From NCBI GenBank assembly GCA_019058245.1, contig JAHPZJ010000030.1, forward strand, positions 171,208-235,207: a DNA stretch of 64,000 nt, written 5' to 3'. The notes under the pieces are model-generated. The model was not told the origin of the DNA. It did not search any database and worked only from the letters and a program-made list of their open reading frames with translations. The DNA comes from Promethearchaeota archaeon (GTDB lineage Archaea; Asgardarchaeota; Lokiarchaeia; Sigyniarchaeales; SOKP01). Positions 60,833 to 64,000 of this stretch are shown here, in pieces; positions within the stretch are counted from its first letter, which is position 1, and each line of letters opens with the position of its first letter. The position numbers and the translations under genes are program-made.

Positions 60833-63800
60833 ATGGAAGAGAAAAGAGAAGAAGATTTAAAGGAAGAATTTGAAAATGAGGATTTAGATTTAACTAAAGA
60901 TGCCTTTTTTTCTAGTATGATTGAGATGGAGGAGGAAATTGCTATTGAAGCATATGAATTAGTGGAGCATGCGATTAATTTAATAAATACAGGGTATTAT
61001 GATGATGGAATTGAAATTCTTCGTCAAGCAATAGGATTATATACCCAGATTAATAAAGAAGATGAAATTAAAGCTATAAATGAAAAAATTTCAGAGGTTT
61101 ACATACTTAAAGAAAGAGCATTTAGAGAAGGTGAGATACTAGCAGAAAAAGAAACTGGAAGTATTGAGGTAGATGAAGAAAGTATTGTAATTGAAGATAC
61201 TAAATCGATAAAAGAGCCTGAATTTCATGAAGAAACCAAAAATGAAACTGATTTAATTAAAACCGCAGACCAATTAATAGTCGAAGCGCATAATTTAACC
61301 AATAATAATAAATTTGAGGACGCTCTTGATAAGTATGATGAAGCTGAGAGAATTCTTGAGGAACTTGGAGAAGAAAGCGAAATAAAGCGATTATATCAAT
61401 TAATTGAAGAATGTTATGAAAGAAAGGCTGAATTTCTACGAAATATTAAAAAAGAAATCGTAAATAGTGAAGAATTAGAATCACCATTAGATGAGGAACT
61501 GTTAAAAGAAAAAAAATTAGAAGAATATCTTGAAAGCAAAAAGCGTGAAGAAGAAATATCATCTAAAGCATATAAGATATTAGATGAAGCGGTGGAATTA
61601 GTTAAAGATCATGATTATGATAAAGCTATAAACTTATATGAAGAAGGAGCAAATTTATTTAAAGAATTGAACTGGGTATATGAATTTAAGAAAATTCAAG
61701 ATACAATTGAGCAAATAAAAAAAGAAAAGATCATATATCTTCAATCTATTGAAAGAAAAAAAGAACAAATTGAAAGAGAATTAAAAATTGAAAAATTACC
61801 TAATCAACAACTTAATGAATTGGAGGAACAAGAAAAATTTGAACAGATTGAAAAACTAAGAGAGATACAGGTCCAAAAAAATGAACAAGAATTATTCAAA
61901 GATCAGATTGAAAAAATGGTAACAGAAGCTACTAGAATAAGTCATGAGTACGAAATAGAGATGCAGAAAGCTATTAAGAAAGGAACCTTAGTGGAAGAAT
62001 GCATTTATCCTAAAGTGATTGAAATCTATAAAAGAATAAAGGAATTACTTCTTGAAAAAGGATGGAATAATGAAGCAGAAATTTATAATAATACAATTGA
62101 TGTTTATATTCAAAAGTTTAAACAGGATCAAAAAATTAGACAAATTGAAGCTGAAAAGGAAATAAAGCGGAAAGAGGTAGAAGAATTGATTAAATTCAAA
62201 AAAGAAGAACTTAGTATAGATTCAAAAATTGATAGACAGAAATCATTAGAAGAACAAAAAAGTTTAGAAAAGGAAAAGAAAGATTTTGAAGAAACTATTG
62301 ATACAATGATAAATCGTGCAGAAAAAATGGCACGAGAATATGATGTTGCTATGAAAAAAGCTATAAAGAAAGGAAAATTGGCAAATAATCCTCCATTTTT
62401 AAATATAATTAGGATTTATGAAAAAGCTAGAGAAATGGTATTGGAGAAAGGAAAAAATAAGGAAGCTGATGTATATAATGATCGAATAGCTTTTTACAAC
62501 CAGAGATTAAAAAAAGATGGTAAATTAAGAGAATTTGAGGTTCAAAAAGCTCAAAGAGAAAAAGAAATTGAAGAGATGCATAAAATTGGTAAGAAAGAAG
62601 GAATTAAGGAAGAGAGAATAAAAGCTTTAGAAATGAAAAAAGAAGAAGAAGAATTTGAAAAATTTATAGTTGAAAATGTCAATAAAGCTGAGAAAATGGT
62701 ACGAGAATTTGAAATTGCAAAGAGAAAGGCATTTAGAAAAGGGGTAGTATTAGAAGAAACCCCTTACTCTGAAATAATTGAGATTTACAAAAATTTAAGA
62801 GAAAAAGTCTATACAAGAGGTTGGAAAGAGCAGGCAGAGATCTATGCCAATCAGATAAAACTTTATCGAGAGAAATTAGAGAATCATAAAAAATTATTAG
62901 AGGTTGAGGCTCAAAAAGCTCAGAAAGAAAAAGAACTCGAAGAAATGCATAAAATAGGAAAAATTGTAGAAGTTGATCAAAAAACGCTGGAATCGATTAA
63001 GAAAAAAGAGGAAAAAGATGAATTCCAAGATTTTATTATAGAGACGATTAATAAAGCAGAAAAATTAGAGAGAGAATTCGATTCTGCAATGAAAAAAGCT
63101 ATAAAAGAAGGAAAAATATTGGAAGAAACCCCTTACCCTGAAATAATTGAGATTTACGAAAAATTAAGAGAAAAAGTGTATGCTAGAGGTTGGAAAAAGC
63201 AGGTAGAGATCTACGCCAATCAGATAAGACTTTACCAAGAAAAACTGGAGAAACATGAAAAACTATTAGAGGTTGAAGCCCAAAAAGCTCAAAGAGAAAA
63301 AAAAATTGAAGAGATGCATAAAATCGGTAAGAAAAAAGGAATAAAGGAAGAGAGAATAAAAGCTTTAGAAAGGAAAAAAGAAGAAGAGGAATTTGAAAAA
63401 ATAATAATTGAGAATGTCAATAAAGCAGAAAAATTAGAGAGAGAATTCGATTCTGCAATGAAAAAAGCTATAAAAGAAGGAAAAGTACTACAAGATACCC
63501 CTTACCCTGAAATAATTGAGATTTACAAAAATTTAAGAGAAAAAGTGTATGCTAGAGGTTGGAAAGAGCAAGCAGAGATCTATGCCAATCAGATAAAACT
63601 CTACCAAGTAAAATTGGAGAAACATGAAAAATTATTAGAGGTTGAAGCCCAAAAAGCTCAAAGAGAAATACAAATTGAAGAGATGTACAAAGTAAGAAAA
63701 ACTGTAGAAGTTGATCAAAAAACGTTGGAATCGATTAAGAAAAAAGAGGAAAACGATGAATTCCAAGATTTTATTATAGAGATGATTAATAAAGCAGAAA

Positions 63801-64000
63801 AATTAGAGAGAGAATTCGATTCTGCAATGAAAAAAGCTATAAAAGAAGGAAAAGTACTACAAGATACCCCTTACCCTGAAATAATTGAGATTTACAAAAA
63901 TTTAAGAGAAAAAGTGTATGCTAGAGGTTGGAAAGAGCAAGCAGAGATCTATGCCAATCAGATAAAACTCTACCAAGTAAAATTGGAGAAACATGAAAAA
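60833..64000 (+). CDS. Large Glu/Lys-rich helical (TPR-like/coiled-coil) protein with 123-aa tandem repeats; truncated at window end (not in ORF track)
   Basis: ATG at 60833 (alternative 60824), MEEKREEDLKEEF...; same frame at the window end (1056 codons); TPR-like 'A..L...G.YDDGIEILRQAIGLY'. Confidence 0.8.
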   Translation, partial: MEEKREEDLKEEFENEDLDLTKDAFFSSMIEMEEEIAIEAYELVEHAINLINTGYYDDGIEILRQAIGLYTQINKEDEIKAINEKISEVYILKERAFREGEILAEKETGSIEVDEESIVIEDTKSIKEPEFHEETKNETDLIKTADQLIVEAHNLTNNNKFEDALDKYDEAERILEELGEESEIKRLYQLIEECYERKAEFLRNIKKEIVNSEELESPLDEELLKEKKLEEYLESKKREEEISSKAYKILDEAVELVKDHDYDKAINLYEEGANLFKELNWVYEFKKIQDTIEQIKKEKIIYLQSIERKKEQIERELKIEKLPNQQLNELEEQEKFEQIEKLREIQVQKNEQELFKDQIEKMVTEATRISHEYEIEMQKAIKKGTLVEECIYPKVIEIYKRIKELLLEKGWNNEAEIYNNTIDVYIQKFKQDQKIRQIEAEKEIKRKEVEELIKFKKEELSIDSKIDRQKSLEEQKSLEKEKKDFEETIDTMINRAEKMAREYDVAMKKAIKKGKLANNPPFLNIIRIYEKAREMVLEKGKNKEADVYNDRIAFYNQRLKKDGKLREFEVQKAQREKEIEEMHKIGKKEGIKEERIKALEMKKEEEEFEKFIVENVNKAEKMVREFEIAKRKAFRKGVVLEETPYSEIIEIYKNLREKVYTRGWKEQAEIYANQIKLYREKLENHKKLLEVEAQKAQKEKELEEMHKIGKIVEVDQKTLESIKKKEEKDEFQDFIIETINKAEKLEREFDSAMKKAIKEGKILEETPYPEIIEIYEKLREKVYARGWKKQVEIYANQIRLYQEKLEKHEKLLEVEAQKAQREKKIEEMHKIGKKKGIKEERIKALERKKEEEEFEKIIIENVNKAEKLEREFDSAMKKAIKEGKVLQDTPYPEIIEIYKNLREKVYARGWKEQAEIYANQIKLYQVKLEKHEKLLEVEAQKAQREIQIEEMYKVRKTVEVDQKTLESIKKKEENDEFQDFIIEMINKAEKLEREFDSAMKKAIKEGKVLQDTPYPEIIEIYKNLREKVYARGWKEQAEIYANQIKLYQVKLEKHEK
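62392..64000 (+). repeat. Intragenic 369-bp tandem repeat array
   Basis: 'cccttac' anchor at 62761, 63130, 63499, 63868; 63421-63631 identical to 63790-64000. Confidence 0.9.

Noticed and set aside
62392-64000. Repeat array as CRISPR or a mobile element
   Set aside because: The 369-bp in-frame coding repeats have no unique spacers, and no cas genes are present

Overview
This is an AT-rich archaeal chromosomal window, most consistent with an Asgard (Lokiarchaeia/Promethearchaeota-like) genome. That call is inferred from a Rab-like GTPase, a longin-like protein, a Loki-CTERM-like sorting tail, a proteasome alpha subunit, PolB1 and PolB2, and a BHB-intron tRNA. In order, it holds: polB1; an intron-containing tRNA-Thr(UGU); a ~15 kb phosphate cluster (alkaline-phosphatase-superfamily enzyme, an uncharacterised ABC importer, DUF47, pstS/pstC-pstA fusion/pstB/phoU, AbrB-PhoU regulator); MFS; dapL; a 2866-aa polytopic membrane protein; a liv-type ABC system plus HEAT-repeat protein and acyl-CoA ligase; AKR; PadR plus radical SAM; GH20; a PolB2 / small partner / inactive RadA module interrupted by a 7TM + longin pair; a high-GC flavin oxidoreductase; dCMP deaminase; Rab-like GTPase; psmA; and a truncated giant tandem-repeat helical protein. 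The best candidates for undescribed biology are: (1) a ~210-nt strand-specific multi-stem RNA leader carrying a leaderless 28-aa uORF ahead of a 59-aa ORF (25315-25757); (2) an ABC importer in the phosphate cluster whose two ATPases carry complementary degenerate motifs that all map to one composite ATP site, plus a shared TATAGAATATATAG box across the cluster; (3) the giant membrane protein with an exact 134-aa repeat period. No CRISPR array, rRNA or transposase was seen. All family assignments come from motif recognition by eye; no database searches were run.
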